Notes: a model not told the origin generated them from the sequence alone. A stretch of DNA of 64,000 nucleotides from an uncultured Actinomycetota bacterium (GCA_963762535.1 CAVXKX010000006.1:66638-130637), one strand, 5' to 3'. Positions 1 through 11,443 are shown, counted from the first letter of the stretch. Numbers and translations are program-made.

Positions 1-644
1 CGCGGCACGGTCAGCGGGCCACGCACCGAGAAGAACTCCCCGACATGGTGCAGTTCGTGGACCTTGTCGGGGTCGGCGTAGATGCCGTTGACCCGGTCGT
101 GCAGGATCGCGTCGTCTTCCCAGGTGTCCCACAGTCCGACGGTGGCTTCCAGGAATTCCTCGGCGCGGTCATAGCGGGCGTCATGGCCCAAATGCACGTC
201 CATACCGAAGTTCTGCGCCTCGCTGTCATTGACCGAGGTGACGATGTTCCACGCCGCCCGGCCGCCGGACAGGTGGTCCAGGGTGGCGAAAGTACGGGCG
301 ATGTGGAACGGCGTGTAGTAGGTGGTGGAACCGGTCGCGCCCAAGCCGATGTGCGACGTCGCCTGCGCGAGCACACCCAACACGATGGACAGGTCCAGCT
401 TCACCGGCCGCGCGCCGTATTTGACCGCGTCGGCGACCGAGCCGCCGTAGATGCCCGGCATGGCCAACCGATCGTCGAAGAACATCAGGTCGAAGCAACC
501 TTCTTCGAGTGTCCGACCGATCTTGGCGTAGTACGACGCGTCGAGGTAGCCGTGCTCGGTGGCGGGGTGACGCCACGAGCCCGCATAGACCGACGTGCTG
601 CCCGCTTGCATGAAGGCGACGAGCGCCATCTGTCGTGTAGTCAT
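1..644 (-). CDS. LLM-class FMN-dependent monooxygenase, NtaA/DszA/DmoA family (5' part only; runs off the window)
   Basis: Manual translation from ATG at 644: MTTRQMALVAFMQAGSTSVYAGSWRHP...FDLMFFDDRLA...STTYYTPFHIARTFATLDHLSGGRAAWNIVTS, which are the family hallmark motifs. It is absent from the ORF track because there is no stop in the window. Confidence 0.88.
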   Translation of the reverse strand, partial: MTTRQMALVAFMQAGSTSVYAGSWRHPATEHGYLDASYYAKIGRTLEEGCFDLMFFDDRLAMPGIYGGSVADAVKYGARPVKLDLSIVLGVLAQATSHIGLGATGSTTYYTPFHIARTFATLDHLSGGRAAWNIVTSVNDSEAQNFGMDVHLGHDARYDRAEEFLEATVGLWDTWEDDAILHDRVNGIYADPDKVHELHHVGEFFSVRGPLTVP

Positions 645-648
645 TACT

Positions 649-674
649 GATGTCTAACATCTGATATATTAGAT
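649..674. promoter_or_regulatory. Candidate GntR operator: two overlapping inverted repeats in the divergent promoter
   Basis: GATGT-CTA-ACATC (649-661) and ATCT-G-ATATAT-T-AGAT (659-674) lie in an AT-rich 71-bp gap between the monooxygenase and the GntR gene. Confidence 0.45.
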
Positions 675-715
675 TTCAAGTCCTACCAGCTTCCGACTCC
701 CTTAAGGTCCTCGCC

Positions 716-1387
716 ATGGCCCCGAACGACGGCGTTGATATCGCCGGGACAGTGCGTGAGCGCGCCGCGCGTGAACTGCGCGACCGCATCCTCACCGGTG
801 CGCTGCCCGCCGGTACCCGGCTCGATCTCGACGCGATCACCAAGGAATTCGCCACCAGCCGCACCCCCGTGCGCGAGGCGCTGCTGGAGTTGTCCTACGA
901 CGGGCTGGTGCGGGTGGCGCCGCGCAGCGGCATCACGGTGATCGGCATGAGCCCCCAAGACGTGCTCGACAGCTTCACGATCCTGGGCGTACTGACCGGT
1001 CAGGCCGCCGCATGGGCGGCGCAACGGGTGACCGACGAGGGCATCAGCCGATTACGGGAACTGGCCTCCGGCGTCGAGGCGCACGCCGGCCAGGACGGCA
1101 TCGTCGAGGCAAATTGGCAGTTCCACCGCGAAATCCACCGAGCATCCCACTCGCGGCGCTTGATGGCGCAGATTCGCCAGGCCGTCCGGGTGGTGCCGTC
1201 GAATTTCTTCGGGATGTTCCCCGAGCACGAACACGATGCGATCGAGGAGCATGCGGCATTGGTGACGGCGCTGGCCGATCGCGACGTCGACAAAGCCCGG
1301 CACATCGCCGAGCGACATGTGCTGGACGCCGGCCGGTCGCTGGCCGATTTTCTTCAGCAGGCTGATACCGGCGGCATCGACAGATGA
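716..1387 (+). CDS. GntR family (FadR/FCD) transcriptional regulator
   Basis: N-terminal wHTH (LRDRILTGALPAGTRL...FATSRTPVREALLEL) and FCD domain (NWQFHREI...EEHAALVTAL). Confidence 0.92.
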   Translation: MAPNDGVDIAGTVRERAARELRDRILTGALPAGTRLDLDAITKEFATSRTPVREALLELSYDGLVRVAPRSGITVIGMSPQDVLDSFTILGVLTGQAAAWAAQRVTDEGISRLRELASGVEAHAGQDGIVEANWQFHREIHRASHSRRLMAQIRQAVRVVPSNFFGMFPEHEHDAIEEHAALVTALADRDVDKARHIAERHVLDAGRSLADFLQQADTGGIDR

Positions 1388-1408
1388 GTCACGGTGCTGC
1401 GATGTTGC

Positions 1409-2752
1409 TCAGCGCCGGCGCCGGATAATCGCCCGCAGCTTCTCCAACCGTGTGCTGATCTCCCGTTCCGCGCCCCGCCCGGTCGGCCGGTAGTAGTCGA
1501 CACCGACCAGCTCATCAGGCGGATATTGTTGCGGCACAACACCATCCGGATCATCATGGGCATACTTATAGCCCTGGGCGTTGCCCAGCGATGCGGCGCC
1601 CGAGTAGTGGCCGTCGCGCAGATGCGGCGGCACCAAGCCGGCCTTGCCGGCGCCGATGTCCTGCATCGCCGCCCCGATCGCGGTCGTCACGGCATTGGAC
1701 TTCGGTGCCGTGGCCAGATAGATGGTGGCGTGCGCCAAAGTCAGTTTGGCCTCCGGCATGCCGATCAGCGCCACCGTCTGCGCGGCGGCGACCGCAGTCT
1801 GCAGCGCGCCCGGGTCGGCCATCCCGATGTCTTCGCTGGCCAGGATCATCAACCGGCGCGCGACGAACCGCGGGTCCTCACCGGCCACCAGCATCCGGGC
1901 CAGGTAGTGCAGCGCGGCGTCGACGTCGGAGCCGCGCACCGATTTGATGAAGGCGCTGATGACGTCGTAGTGCTGATCGCCGTCGCGGTCGTAACGGACC
2001 GCGGCCTTGTCCAGCGACTGCTCGATGGTTTCGACGGTGACCTGCTCCGTCGCCTCGGCCGCCACCTCCAACGCGGTCAGCGCCCGGCGCGCGTCCCCCG
2101 CCGCCAGCCGGACCACCAGGTCGACGGCCTCCGGGGTCACCTGCACCCGGCCGTCCAGTCCGCGCGGATCCTCGATCGCGCGCAGTACGACCGCGCGAAC
2201 GTCGTCGGCAGTCAGCGGATGCAGCTGCAGGATCAACGACCGTGACAACAGCGGTGCCACCACAGAAAACGACGGGTTCTCGGTGGTCGCCGCGACCAGC
2301 AGAACCACCCGGTTCTCCACCGCGGCCAGCAATGCGTCCTGCTGAGTCTTGGAGAACCGGTGCACCTCGTCGATGAACAGCACGGTCTGCTCGCCGTGCG
2401 CGGCGGCGCGCCGCGCTGTATCGATGACGGCGCGGACTTCTTTGACCCCGGCCGACAAGGCCGACAGCGCCTCGAACCGGCGTCCGGTGGCTTGCGACAC
2501 CAGCGACGCCAGCGTCGTCTTTCCGCTGCCGGGCGGGCCGTAGAGGATGGCGGACGCCATCCCTGAGCCTTCGACCAGTCGCCGCAGCGGAGAGCCCGGC
2601 TGCAGCAGGTGAGCTTGCCCGACGACCTCCTCAAGACTGGCCGGGCGCATCCGCACGGCCAGCGGCGCGGCGGCCGAGCTGCCATGCGCGGGATCGCCAC
2701 GGCTGGTCTCGTCGGGGACGTCGAACAGACCGTCGGGCACGCAGTCAGGCAT
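1409..2752 (-). CDS. rarA: Replication-associated recombination protein A (MgsA/RarA AAA+ ATPase), Rv2559c ortholog
   Basis: PLAVRMRP, Walker [10 protein letters not shown], Walker [10 protein letters not shown], and the [15 protein letters not shown] motif. Confidence 0.95.
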   Translation of the reverse strand: MPDCVPDGLFDVPDETSRGDPAHGSSAAAPLAVRMRPASLEEVVGQAHLLQPGSPLRRLVEGSGMASAILYGPPGSGKTTLASLVSQATGRRFEALSALSAGVKEVRAVIDTARRAAAHGEQTVLFIDEVHRFSKTQQDALLAAVENRVVLLVAATTENPSFSVVAPLLSRSLILQLHPLTADDVRAVVLRAIEDPRGLDGRVQVTPEAVDLVVRLAAGDARRALTALEVAAEATEQVTVETIEQSLDKAAVRYDRDGDQHYDVISAFIKSVRGSDVDAALHYLARMLVAGEDPRFVARRLMILASEDIGMADPGALQTAVAAAQTVALIGMPEAKLTLAHATIYLATAPKSNAVTTAIGAAMQDIGAGKAGLVPPHLRDGHYSGAASLGNAQGYKYAHDDPDGVVPQQYPPDELVGVDYYRPTGRGAEREISTRLEKLRAIIRRRR

Positions 2753-2871
2753 ACCACGTCACCACGACACGTGAGCGCCCAGTGTGAGCTCTCAGCGGCG
2801 CTGCCGAATACTTGCTAAGTTCTCGAAGGCACACGCCCGGACAACTCCCCGACGACGAGGCAGGAGCGGCT

Positions 2872-3907
2872 ATGAGCCAACCTCCGGAGCACCCTGGCAA
2901 TCCGAACGAGCCGTACGGCGGAAGCCAAAACCCAGGCGACTATCCGCCGCCGCCCGCCTACGGGCCGCCTCCCGGATACGGCGCGCCGCCACCGCCGCCC
3001 GGGTACGGACCTCCGCCAGGGCAGCCGCAGCCCGGCTACGGGCCGCCGCCCGGATATGGCGCGCCGCCACCGCCTCCCGGGTACGGACCGCCCCAACCGG
3101 GCTACGGGCCACCGCCCGGCTACCCGCCGCCACCGGGCTACGGGCCCCCGCCCGGCTACCCGGCGCCGCCCGGATATGGACCGCCGCCCGGGCTCGGGGT
3201 TCGACATCGGTCAAGCGTTCGGCTGGGCCTGGAACAAGTTCAGTCAAGAACCTCGGCCCACTGATCCTTGCCGCGCTGGTGTACCTGGTGCTCTTCGTCG
3301 TTGTGCAGGCTCTGGTCTTCGTGATCCTGGGCGGCGCCTCGGCCAACACCGATGCCGACACGCGATTCCTTCACCGCAGGTTTGGACGCCGGCGGATTCT
3401 TCATTCTGCAGATCGTCACATTCGTCTTCGGCATTTTCGCTCAGGCCGCGTTATTTGGTCCGGGCTGCTCGACATCCTCGACGGCAGGCCGGTGACTGTC
3501 GGCTCGTTCTTCAAGCCACGCAACTTCGGCAACGTGATCCTGGCCGGCGCGCTGCTGGCGGTGATTTCAGCGGTGCTGAACTCGCTGTCGCTGGTGCCCG
3601 GCTTCCTTTTCGCGTTGCTGTCGCTGGTGCTGATCTTCGTCTTCGCCTTCTTCACGCTGTTCACGATCGCCTTCGCGACTGATCGCGCGCTGGCGCCGAT
3701 CGACGCACTGAAGGCCAGCTATTCACCGTGGTGAAGGCGAACCCAGGGCCGACCCTGCTGTCCTTGCTCGTGCAGGCCGTGATCCTGGTGGCCGGGGTTT
3801 TCGCGTGCGGTATCGGCGTCATCGTGGCCGGCCCGCTGGCCCTGCTGATCCAGGCGTACACCTACCGTCGGCTTTCCGGAGGACCGGTCGCGCCGCCCAC
3901 TCCTTGA
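2872..3907 (+). CDS. Proline/glycine-rich membrane protein, Rv2560-like (frameshifted in this sequence)
   Basis: Begins MSQPPEHPGNP with GYGPPP repeats, then FDIGQAFGWAWNKF and several hydrophobic helices spread over different frames. Syntenic after rarA. Confidence 0.75.
2930..3195 (+). repeat. Coding minisatellite encoding (G)YG(P/A)PPP(P) units
   Basis: Translation ...YPPPPAYGPPPGYGAPPPPPGYGPPPGQPQPGYGPPPGYGAPPPPPGYG... Confidence 0.85.
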
Positions 3908-3913
3908 TCTTGC

Positions 3914-4010
3914 TTGGCGGCGACCCGTTCGCGCGGCTTCGCCGCCCTTGCGATCGGCGACCTTGATTGGCGGCGACCCGCTTCGCGCGGCTTCGCCGCC
4001 CTTGCGATCG
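3914..4010. repeat. Two-copy ~53-bp tandem repeat (MIRU/VNTR-like) between convergent genes
   Basis: TTGGCGGCGACCCG(C)TTCGCGCGGCTTCGCCGCCCTTGCGATCG occurs at 3914-3956 and 3967-4010. Confidence 0.85.
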
Positions 4011-4019
4011 CCTTAGGCG

Positions 4020-4856
4020 CTAGGGCTGGGTGACGAAGTCGATCAGCTCTTCGACCCGGCCGATCAGCGCCGCGTCAAGGTCGGTCCAGTCGCGCACCTT
4101 CCCGCGGATGCGACGCCACGCAGCGGCGATGTCGGCCTGGTCGGCATGCGGCCAGCCCAGCGCCGCGCAGATCCCGTGTTTCCAGTCCGTTCCGCGTGGG
4201 ATCACCGGCCACTGCGACAGCCCGAGCCGGGCCGGTTTGACGGCTTGCCAGATGTCGACGAACGGATGGCCGACGACCAGAGTGTGTGCGCCGCCCGGGC
4301 CGCGGCGTACGGCGTCGGCCAGCCGCGATTCCTTGGAGCCGGCGACCAGGTGGTCGACGAGCACCCCCAGCCGTCGTTGCGGACCGGGCCGGAACTGCTC
4401 GACGATGCCGACGAGATCGTCGACGCCGCCGAGGTATTCGACGACCACGCCCTCGATTCGCAGGTCCTCGCCCCACACCTGTTCGACGAGCTCGGCGTCG
4501 TGGCGGCCCTCCACGTAGATCCGGCCGGTACGGGCAACTCGGGCACGCGCCCCGGTCACCGCCACCGAACCGGACGCCGTCCGCGCCGCGGCCTGAGGTG
4601 ACGGACCGCGCGGAGCGGTCAGGATCACCGGTTTTCCGTCGACGAGAAAGCCCGGGCCGACCGGGAACGGCTTGCGACGGCCGTGCCGGTCCTCGAGTTG
4701 AAGACGGCCGTACTCGACGCTCACCACCGCCCCGACATAGCCGGTTTGCGCGTCTTCCACGACCATGCCGAGTTCGATCGGCAGTTCGGCAGACCGCGGT
4801 CGGCGCGAGTTGTGCGGGTCGCGCGCGAGAACGTCTGAGCCGTAACGATCATCCAC
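4020..4856 (-). CDS. DUF3097 domain protein
   Basis: Likely GTG start (MDDRYGSDVLA), then RIYVEGRHDAELVEQVWGEDLRIEGVVVEYLGGVDDL and GHPFVDIWQAVKP, typical of the family. The ORF-track start at 5225 is over-extended. Confidence 0.85.
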   Translation of the reverse strand: MDDRYGSDVLARDPHNSRRPRSAELPIELGMVVEDAQTGYVGAVVSVEYGRLQLEDRHGRRKPFPVGPGFLVDGKPVILTAPRGPSPQAAARTASGSVAVTGARARVARTGRIYVEGRHDAELVEQVWGEDLRIEGVVVEYLGGVDDLVGIVEQFRPGPQRRLGVLVDHLVAGSKESRLADAVRRGPGGAHTLVVGHPFVDIWQAVKPARLGLSQWPVIPRGTDWKHGICAALGWPHADQADIAAAWRRIRGKVRDWTDLDAALIGRVEELIDFVTQP

Positions 4857-4915
4857 TCGAGCGATCCTAGGAACACTCGGCGGCCAATCGCGGTTACGCC
4901 ACTCCGGCAGCCGCG

Positions 4916-5302
4916 TCAGTCCCGAAGCGTGCGTCCCTGCGCATCGGTGACCTTGCCGGTCAGGATCAAGATCGCGTCGATCAGCGGCCATATCCAGCCG
5001 GCAATACCCAAGGTGAAAATCGTAATCGCAAGTTGGGCAAAGCCGATCCCGATGTAGCCCAGATAAAACCGTCCGACTCCGAAGCCGCCGAGGAACAGTT
5101 GCAACAATCCGGCAGCGACCTTGCTCTTGTCCGACAACGCCGGCCCCCCATACGGGTTCCCACCCTGGTAGACCGCGCCGCCATAGGCTGCCGCCGCGGA
5201 CTGACCGGCCGGGGAATCGAGCCATTGCCGGCCATCCCAGTACCTCTGCACGGGAGCTCCACTCGGGTCCGGGTACCAGCCCGCACCGATCTGATGAGAC
5301 AT
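4916..5302 (-). CDS. DUF2510 + TM2 domain membrane protein
   Basis: AGWYPDPSG..QRYWDGRQW (DUF2510) and KSKVAAGLLQLFLGGFGVGRFYLG (TM2). Confidence 0.85.
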   Translation of the reverse strand: MSHQIGAGWYPDPSGAPVQRYWDGRQWLDSPAGQSAAAAYGGAVYQGGNPYGGPALSDKSKVAAGLLQLFLGGFGVGRFYLGYIGIGFAQLAITIFTLGIAGWIWPLIDAILILTGKVTDAQGRTLRD

Positions 5303-5410
5303 CGATTGCGTCGCTCTCTGTGTAGGGAAGGGGGATGACTGAGCTGAGAGAAGAAGCATCCTGAGTTTGCCGCGCTGCGTCAACCAGGTTGGCGTGATGA
5401 GATGGCGGTT

Positions 5411-8400
5411 ATGACCATCAAAGTTGCGCTGGAGCACCGCACCAGCTACACCTTTGACCGGCCGGTCCGGGTGTTCCCGCACGTCGTGCGGCTACGCCCG
5501 GCGCCTCATTCACGCACGGCGATCGAGGCCTATTCGCTGCGGGTCGAGCCGGCCGACCACTTCGTCAACTGGCAACAGGATGCCGTGGGCAACTTCGTCT
5601 ATCGGCTGACGTTTCCCAATCCGACCAGCCGGCTGACGATCACCGTCGGCCTCATCGCCGACCTCAAGGTGATCAACCCGTTCGACTTCTTCATCGAAGA
5701 TTGGGCCGAAATCTGGCCGGCCGGCGGATTCAGCTATCCCGAGCCGCTGGCCGACGAGCTCAAGCCCTATCTGCGACCGGTCGATGAGGACGGCGCCGGT
5801 TCGGGGCCCGGCGAGCTGGTGCAGGCCTGGGTGCGCACGTTCGCGGTGCCGCCGGGCACCCGCACGATCAACTATCTGGTGGAGCTCAACAGACGGATCA
5901 ATGCCGACCTCGGCTACAGCGTGCGGATGGAACAAGGCGTGCAGACACCGGATTTCACGCTGCGAACGGGAGTGGGCTCGTGCCGCGACTTCGCGTGGCT
6001 GCTGGTATCGGTAGCGCGCCAGATGGGTCTGGCCGCCCGATTCGTGTCCGGTTATCTGGTGCAGCTGACCTCCGACGTCACGGCACTCGACGGGCCATCA
6101 GGCCCCTCCGCCGATTTCACCGACCTGCATGCCTGGGCCGAGGTCTACGTCCCGGGGGCCGGCTGGATCGGACTGGACCCGACGTCGGGGCTGTTCGCCG
6201 GCGAGGGCCACATCCCACTTGCGGCCACGCCGAGTCCGGCGAGCGCGGCCCCGATCACCGGCGGCGTGGAGCCGTGTGAGTCGACGCTGGAATTCTCCAA
6301 CACCGTCACCCGCATTCACGAAGATCCGCGGGTCACGCTCCCCTATACCGACGAAGCGTGGACAACAATTCAGGACGTCGCCCGCGGTGTGGACGAGCGA
6401 CTGACTGCCGGCGACGTCCGGCTCACCGTCGGTGGGGAGCCCACGTTCGTGTCGGTCGACAACCAGGTCGACGACGAGTGGAGCACTGACGCCGACGGCC
6501 CGCACAAACGCCAGCTGGCCTCGGAGTTGGCCGCGCGGCTGAAGAAGCAGTGGGCCCCGCAGGGACTGATTCACCGTGGGCAGGGCCGGTGGTATCCCGG
6601 TGAACCGTTGCCCCGCTGGCAAATCGGGCTGTACTGGCGCACCGACGGCCAGCCGCTGTGGCCGGATGACACATTGCTGGCCGACCCGTGGGGCAGCGCC
6701 CCGGCCGGACCACCGGCAGACAGCACAGCTGCCCGCGACCTGATTGCCGCCGTCGCCGCCGAGCTGGGCCTACCCGACTCGCAGGTGCGTCCGGCCTACG
6801 AAGATCCGCTGTCTCAGCTGGCAGCCGAAACCCGTTTGCCCGACGGTGATCCGGTGGATTCCAGTGCGGATCTGGATCCGGAGACCGGCCACGACACGCC
6901 CGCCGGCCGGGCTGGGCTGCTGTCCCGCCTCGACCAATCCACCGTCACGCCAACCGCATTCGTGCTTCCACTGCACCGCCGTGAGGATGGCCTCGGCTGG
7001 GCCAGCGCCAACTGGCGCTTGCGCCGCGGCCGCATTGTCCTGGTCCCGGGTGCATCGCCGGCCGGTCTGCGACTGCCACTGGAGTCGATCAGCTGGAAGC
7101 CGCCGCGGACGTCGTTCGTCACCGATCCGACCACCGTCGGTGACGAGCTGAGCACCTCGGGCGCCGAGGCCTCGGTGGAGGATGACGACACCGCGCCGAC
7201 GACGGCGATGGCGGCCGAGGTGCGCGACGGCTTGCTGTATGTGTTCCTGCCGCCCACCGAGGCGCTGGACGACTTCGTCGACCTGATCGGCCGGGTGCAC
7301 GCCGCGGCCGCCAAGGTCGGCCACCCGGTGGTCATCGAAGGCTACGAACCACCGGCGGACCCGCGGGTCACGTCGACGACGATCACTCCCGATCCCGGTG
7401 TCATCGAGGTCAACGTCGCACCCACCGCCAGTTTCGCCGACCAAACCCGCCAGCTGGAAACCCTTTACGAGCAAGCCAGACTGGCGCGCCTGACCACGGA
7501 GTCATTCTCCGTCGACGGCAGCCACGGCGGCACCGGCGGCGGCAACCACATCACGCTGGGCGGCGTCACCCCGAAGGACTCTCCGCTGTTGCGCCGCCCG
7601 GACCTGTTGGTATCGCTGCTGACCTATTGGCAGCGGCACCCGTCGTTGTCTTACCTTTTCGCCGGTCGGTTCGTCGGAACCACCTCGCAGGCCCCGCGAG
7701 TTGACGAGGGCCGCGCCGATGCGCTCTACGAGCTCGAAATCGCATTCGCCGAAATCGACCGGCTGACTTCGGGTTCCGGGTCCGCTTCGCCACGGCCGTG
7801 GATCATCGACAGGGCACTTCGGCATCTGCTCACCGACATCACCGGCAACACGCACCGGGCCGAATTCTGCATCGACAAGCTCTACAACCCGTACAGCTTG
7901 CGGGGCAGGCTGGGGCTGCTGGAGCTGCGCGGCTTCGAGATGCCACCGCACCTGCGGATGGCGATGGTGCAGTCACTGCTGGTGCGTTCGCTGGTGGCCT
8001 GGTTCTGGGACGAGCCGCTGCGGGCGCCGCTGATCCGGCACGGCTCCAACTTGCATGGTCGATACCTGTTGCCACACTTCATTATTCACGATATCGCCGA
8101 CGTCGCGGCAGACTTGCGGGCACATGGCATCGCGTTCGAGACCAACTGGCTGGACCCGTTCACCGAATTCCGTTTTCCGCGGATCGGCACCGCGGTGTTC
8201 GACGGCGTCGAGATCGAGCTGCGAGGCGGTATCGAGCCGTGGAACACCCTGGGCGAGGAGTCCACCGCTGCCGGCACAGCCCGCTACGTCGACTCATCAG
8301 TCGAACGCATCCAGGTGCGGGTCATCGGTGCTGACCGCCACCGTTATCTGGTGACCTGCAACGGATATCCGGTGCCGCTGCTGGCCACCGACAACCCCGA

Positions 8401-8749
8401 CGCGCACGTCGGTGGCGTCCGGTTCCGCGCCTGGCAGCCGCCGAGCGCGCTGCACCCCACGATCACCGTCGACGGTCCGCTGCAATTCGAGCTCATCGAC
8501 CTCACCACCTCGACGTCGCGTGGTGGCTGCACCTACCACATCGCCCACCCCGGCGGTCGTGCCTACGACGAACCGCCGGTCAACGCCGTTGAGGCCGAGT
8601 CGCGGCGAGCCCGGCGATTCGAGGCCACCGGATTCACGCCGGGAAAGCTCGAGCTCTCCGACGTCCGGGAAATGCAGGCGCGAATTTCCACAGACGTCGG
8701 CGCGCCGGGCATTCTCGATCTGCGGCGCGTGCGTACCGTTCTGCGGTAA
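5411..8749 (+). CDS. Large transglutaminase-family protein with C-terminal DUF2126 (amidoligase-like) region, Rv2566 ortholog
   Basis: N-terminus IKVALEHRTSY. Transglutaminase triad motifs GSCRDFA, DLHAWAEVY and GWIGLDPT. C-terminal GTGGGNHITLGG and ELRGFEMPPH. Confidence 0.92.
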   Translation: MTIKVALEHRTSYTFDRPVRVFPHVVRLRPAPHSRTAIEAYSLRVEPADHFVNWQQDAVGNFVYRLTFPNPTSRLTITVGLIADLKVINPFDFFIEDWAEIWPAGGFSYPEPLADELKPYLRPVDEDGAGSGPGELVQAWVRTFAVPPGTRTINYLVELNRRINADLGYSVRMEQGVQTPDFTLRTGVGSCRDFAWLLVSVARQMGLAARFVSGYLVQLTSDVTALDGPSGPSADFTDLHAWAEVYVPGAGWIGLDPTSGLFAGEGHIPLAATPSPASAAPITGGVEPCESTLEFSNTVTRIHEDPRVTLPYTDEAWTTIQDVARGVDERLTAGDVRLTVGGEPTFVSVDNQVDDEWSTDADGPHKRQLASELAARLKKQWAPQGLIHRGQGRWYPGEPLPRWQIGLYWRTDGQPLWPDDTLLADPWGSAPAGPPADSTAARDLIAAVAAELGLPDSQVRPAYEDPLSQLAAETRLPDGDPVDSSADLDPETGHDTPAGRAGLLSRLDQSTVTPTAFVLPLHRREDGLGWASANWRLRRGRIVLVPGASPAGLRLPLESISWKPPRTSFVTDPTTVGDELSTSGAEASVEDDDTAPTTAMAAEVRDGLLYVFLPPTEALDDFVDLIGRVHAAAAKVGHPVVIEGYEPPADPRVTSTTITPDPGVIEVNVAPTASFADQTRQLETLYEQARLARLTTESFSVDGSHGGTGGGNHITLGGVTPKDSPLLRRPDLLVSLLTYWQRHPSLSYLFAGRFVGTTSQAPRVDEGRADALYELEIAFAEIDRLTSGSGSASPRPWIIDRALRHLLTDITGNTHRAEFCIDKLYNPYSLRGRLGLLELRGFEMPPHLRMAMVQSLLVRSLVAWFWDEPLRAPLIRHGSNLHGRYLLPHFIIHDIADVAADLRAHGIAFETNWLDPFTEFRFPRIGTAVFDGVEIELRGGIEPWNTLGEESTAAGTARYVDSSVERIQVRVIGADRHRYLVTCNGYPVPLLATDNPDAHVGGVRFRAWQPPSALHPTITVDGPLQFELIDLTTSTSRGGCTYHIAHPGGRAYDEPPVNAVEAESRRARRFEATGFTPGKLELSDVREMQARISTDVGAPGILDLRRVRTVLR

Positions 8750-8773
8750 TGGCTATCGGCGACATGGCTTGAC

Positions 8774-11432
8774 ATGATTTTGCATCCCGGCGATTCGTCG
8801 GCAGCTTTCCGCGACCGCCCCGACGTCGATCGGCTGCTGGCCGGATACCGCACCGCACGCGCCCAGGAGACGTTGTTCGACCTGCGCCCACCCGCCCTTC
8901 GGGGCCCGGTTATCGGTTACGACGAGTTCCTCGACGAGACTGGACAGGTACGCCCGGCCTGGGCCGACCTCGCCGACGCGGTCGGCGACCGCGGACGGGC
9001 CGGCATGACCCGGCTGAGCTCTGCGGTACGCCGGCTGGTGGACAACGACGACATCACCTACACCGGTGTCGATCCGGCCAAGCAACCCGTGGCCGACGGT
9101 CACGACGAGTCGCGGCCGTGGCGCCTGGACCCGCTGCCGCTGGTGGTCTCGGCTGCCGACTGGGATGTGCTCGAAGCCGGACTGGTGCAACGATCCCGGG
9201 TGCTCAACGCCGTGCTGGCCGACGTGTACGGCAACCGGCGGTCACTCATCGAGGGGGTGCTGCCACCGGAACTGCTGTTCGCCCATTCCGGTTACGTTCG
9301 TGCCGCCAACGGAATCGAGGTGCCGGGGCACCACCAGCTCTTCATGCACGCCTGCGATGTCAGCCGGCGCTCCGACGGCAGCTTTCAGGTGAATGCCGAC
9401 TGGACGCAAGCCCCTTCGGGCGCCGGATATGCGCTCGCCGACCGGCGGGTGCTCGCGCAAGCGCTGCCCGACCTCTACGAGAAAGTCGGACCGCGGCCGA
9501 CGACACCGTTCGCTCAGGCGTTGCGGCTGGCACTGATCGATGCCGCACCTGACGGCGTCCAAGATCCGATGGTCGTCGTCTTGAGCCCGGGCATCTACTC
9601 CGAAACCTCGTTCGATCAGGCCTATCTCGCCACCTTGCTGGGTTTCCCGTTGGTCGAGAGCGCGGATCTGGTGGTTCGCGACGGGCGATTGTGGATGCGC
9701 TCGCTGGGCACGCTCAAACGCGTCGACGTGGTCTTCCGCCGTGTCGATGCCACCTACACCGACCCTCTCGATCTGCGCGCCGACTCGCGGCTCGGCGTGG
9801 CCGGACTGGTGGAGGCACAGCACCGCGGCACGGTGACCGTGGTGAACACCGTCGGCAGTGGAATCCTGGAAAGCGCTGGGCTGCAACGGTTCCTGCCTGA
9901 TCTGGCCACCCGACTACTCGGTGAATCGCCGTTGTTGTCCAGCGCGCCCAGCTACTGGGGCGGCATCGACAGTGAACGCTCCCATTTGCTGGCGAACCTC
10001 CCGTCGTTGTTGATCAGGCCCACCATCGGCGGGCAAACGCTTGTCGGCCCGACCCTTTCGTCGCAGCGACTCGAGGAGCTGGCCGCCTGCATTGCCGCGA
10101 TGCCCTGGCAGTGGGTCGGCCAGGAGTTGCCGCAGTTCTCCTCGGCCCCCACCAGCTCGGGCTCGGAATTGGCCACCGGCGGGGTGGGTATGCGGCTGTT
10201 CACCGTGGCTCAGCGCGGGGGCTACGCGCCGATGCTCGGCGGCCTCGGTTACGTGCTGACGCAGGGAGCATCGGCGTACACATTGAAAACGCTTGCAGCA
10301 AAGGACGTCTGGGTTCAGCCGACCGACCGGTCGCGCACCGAGACGGTCACCCTACCGGCCCCGGAGACACCGGCGAAAACGGGCGCGGGCACGTTGGCGG
10401 TCAGCTCACCGCGGGTGCTGTCCGATCTGTTCTGGATGGGACGCTACGGTGAGCGAGCCGAGAACATGGCCCGATTGCTGATCGCCGCTCGCCGGCGCTA
10501 CCACGAATTCCGGCACCGCCAAGAGATTTCGGAAAGCCAGTGTGTGCCCGTACTGATGGCCGCGCTGGGCCGCATCACCGGAACCGTCCCAGGGGCGGAG
10601 GATCATGCCGAAACGATCGCGATCGCGCCCTCCACTCTGTGGTCGCTGACCATGGACCGGGATCGCCCCGGGGCACTGGTGCATTCGGTGGACCGGCTGG
10701 CGCTGGCCGCCCGCGGGGTGCGTGACCAGTTGTCCAGTGACACCTGGGTGGTGCTGGCCGGGCGTCGAGCGGGCGCTGGCCCACAAGGCCGAACCGCCGG
10801 ACTCCCTGGCCGAGGCCGACGCCGTGCTGGCGACGGCGCAGTCGCAGACCCTGGTGGGGATGCTGACGCTGGCCGGGGTGGCTGCGGAGTCGATGGTCCA
10901 GGACGTCGGCTGGACCATGATGGACATCGGCAAACGCATCGAGCGCGGCCTGGGACTCACCGCGTTGCTCAACGCCACGTTGACCACCGTCCTGGCCCCG
11001 GCGGCCGAGCGGACGGTCATCGAATCAACCCTGATCGCCATGGAATCCGCGGTGATCTATCGGCGCCGCACGGTCGGCTTGGTCAGTGTGGCCGCCGTGG
11101 CGGAACTGATGTTGTTCGACGCGACCAACCCCCGATCGTTGGTCTACCAGTTGGACCGGCTGCGCACTGATCTGGGCGACCTGCCCGGCTCGTCGGGCTC
11201 GTCGCGGCCCGAGCGAATGGTCGCTGAGATCGCCACCCTGCTGCGGCGGTCGTCCCCCGCTGAGCTGGAATCGGTATCCACCACCGGTCGCCGCACGCGA
11301 TTGGCCGACCTGCTGACCGCGACCCACGCCGCGTTGCGCGAGCTGGCCGAGGTGATCACCGCGACGCAGCTGGCATTGCCCGGTGATATGCAGCCGCTCT
11401 GGGGTGGTGACGAGCGGCGGATCATGCCGTGA
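8774..11432 (+). CDS. Circularly permuted ATP-grasp + alpha-E domain protein, Rv2567 ortholog (frameshift near 10760)
   Basis: DWTQAPSGAGYAL and VDVVFRRVD...DPLDLRADSRLG motifs. Alpha-E LFWMGRYGERAE and MDIGKRIERG occur in frames 8774-11170 and 10722-11432. Confidence 0.9.
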
Positions 11433-11443
11433 CGACGGGCGAG

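Noticed and set aside
45-650. Plus-strand 201-aa ORF, and similar long overlapping ORFs such as 33667-35274 (+) and 26090-27058 (-)
   Set aside because: These are shadow ORFs opposite well-supported genes, expected at high GC.
3914-4010. CRISPR array
   Set aside because: Only two adjacent units with a ~10-bp gap, no unique spacers and no cas genes.
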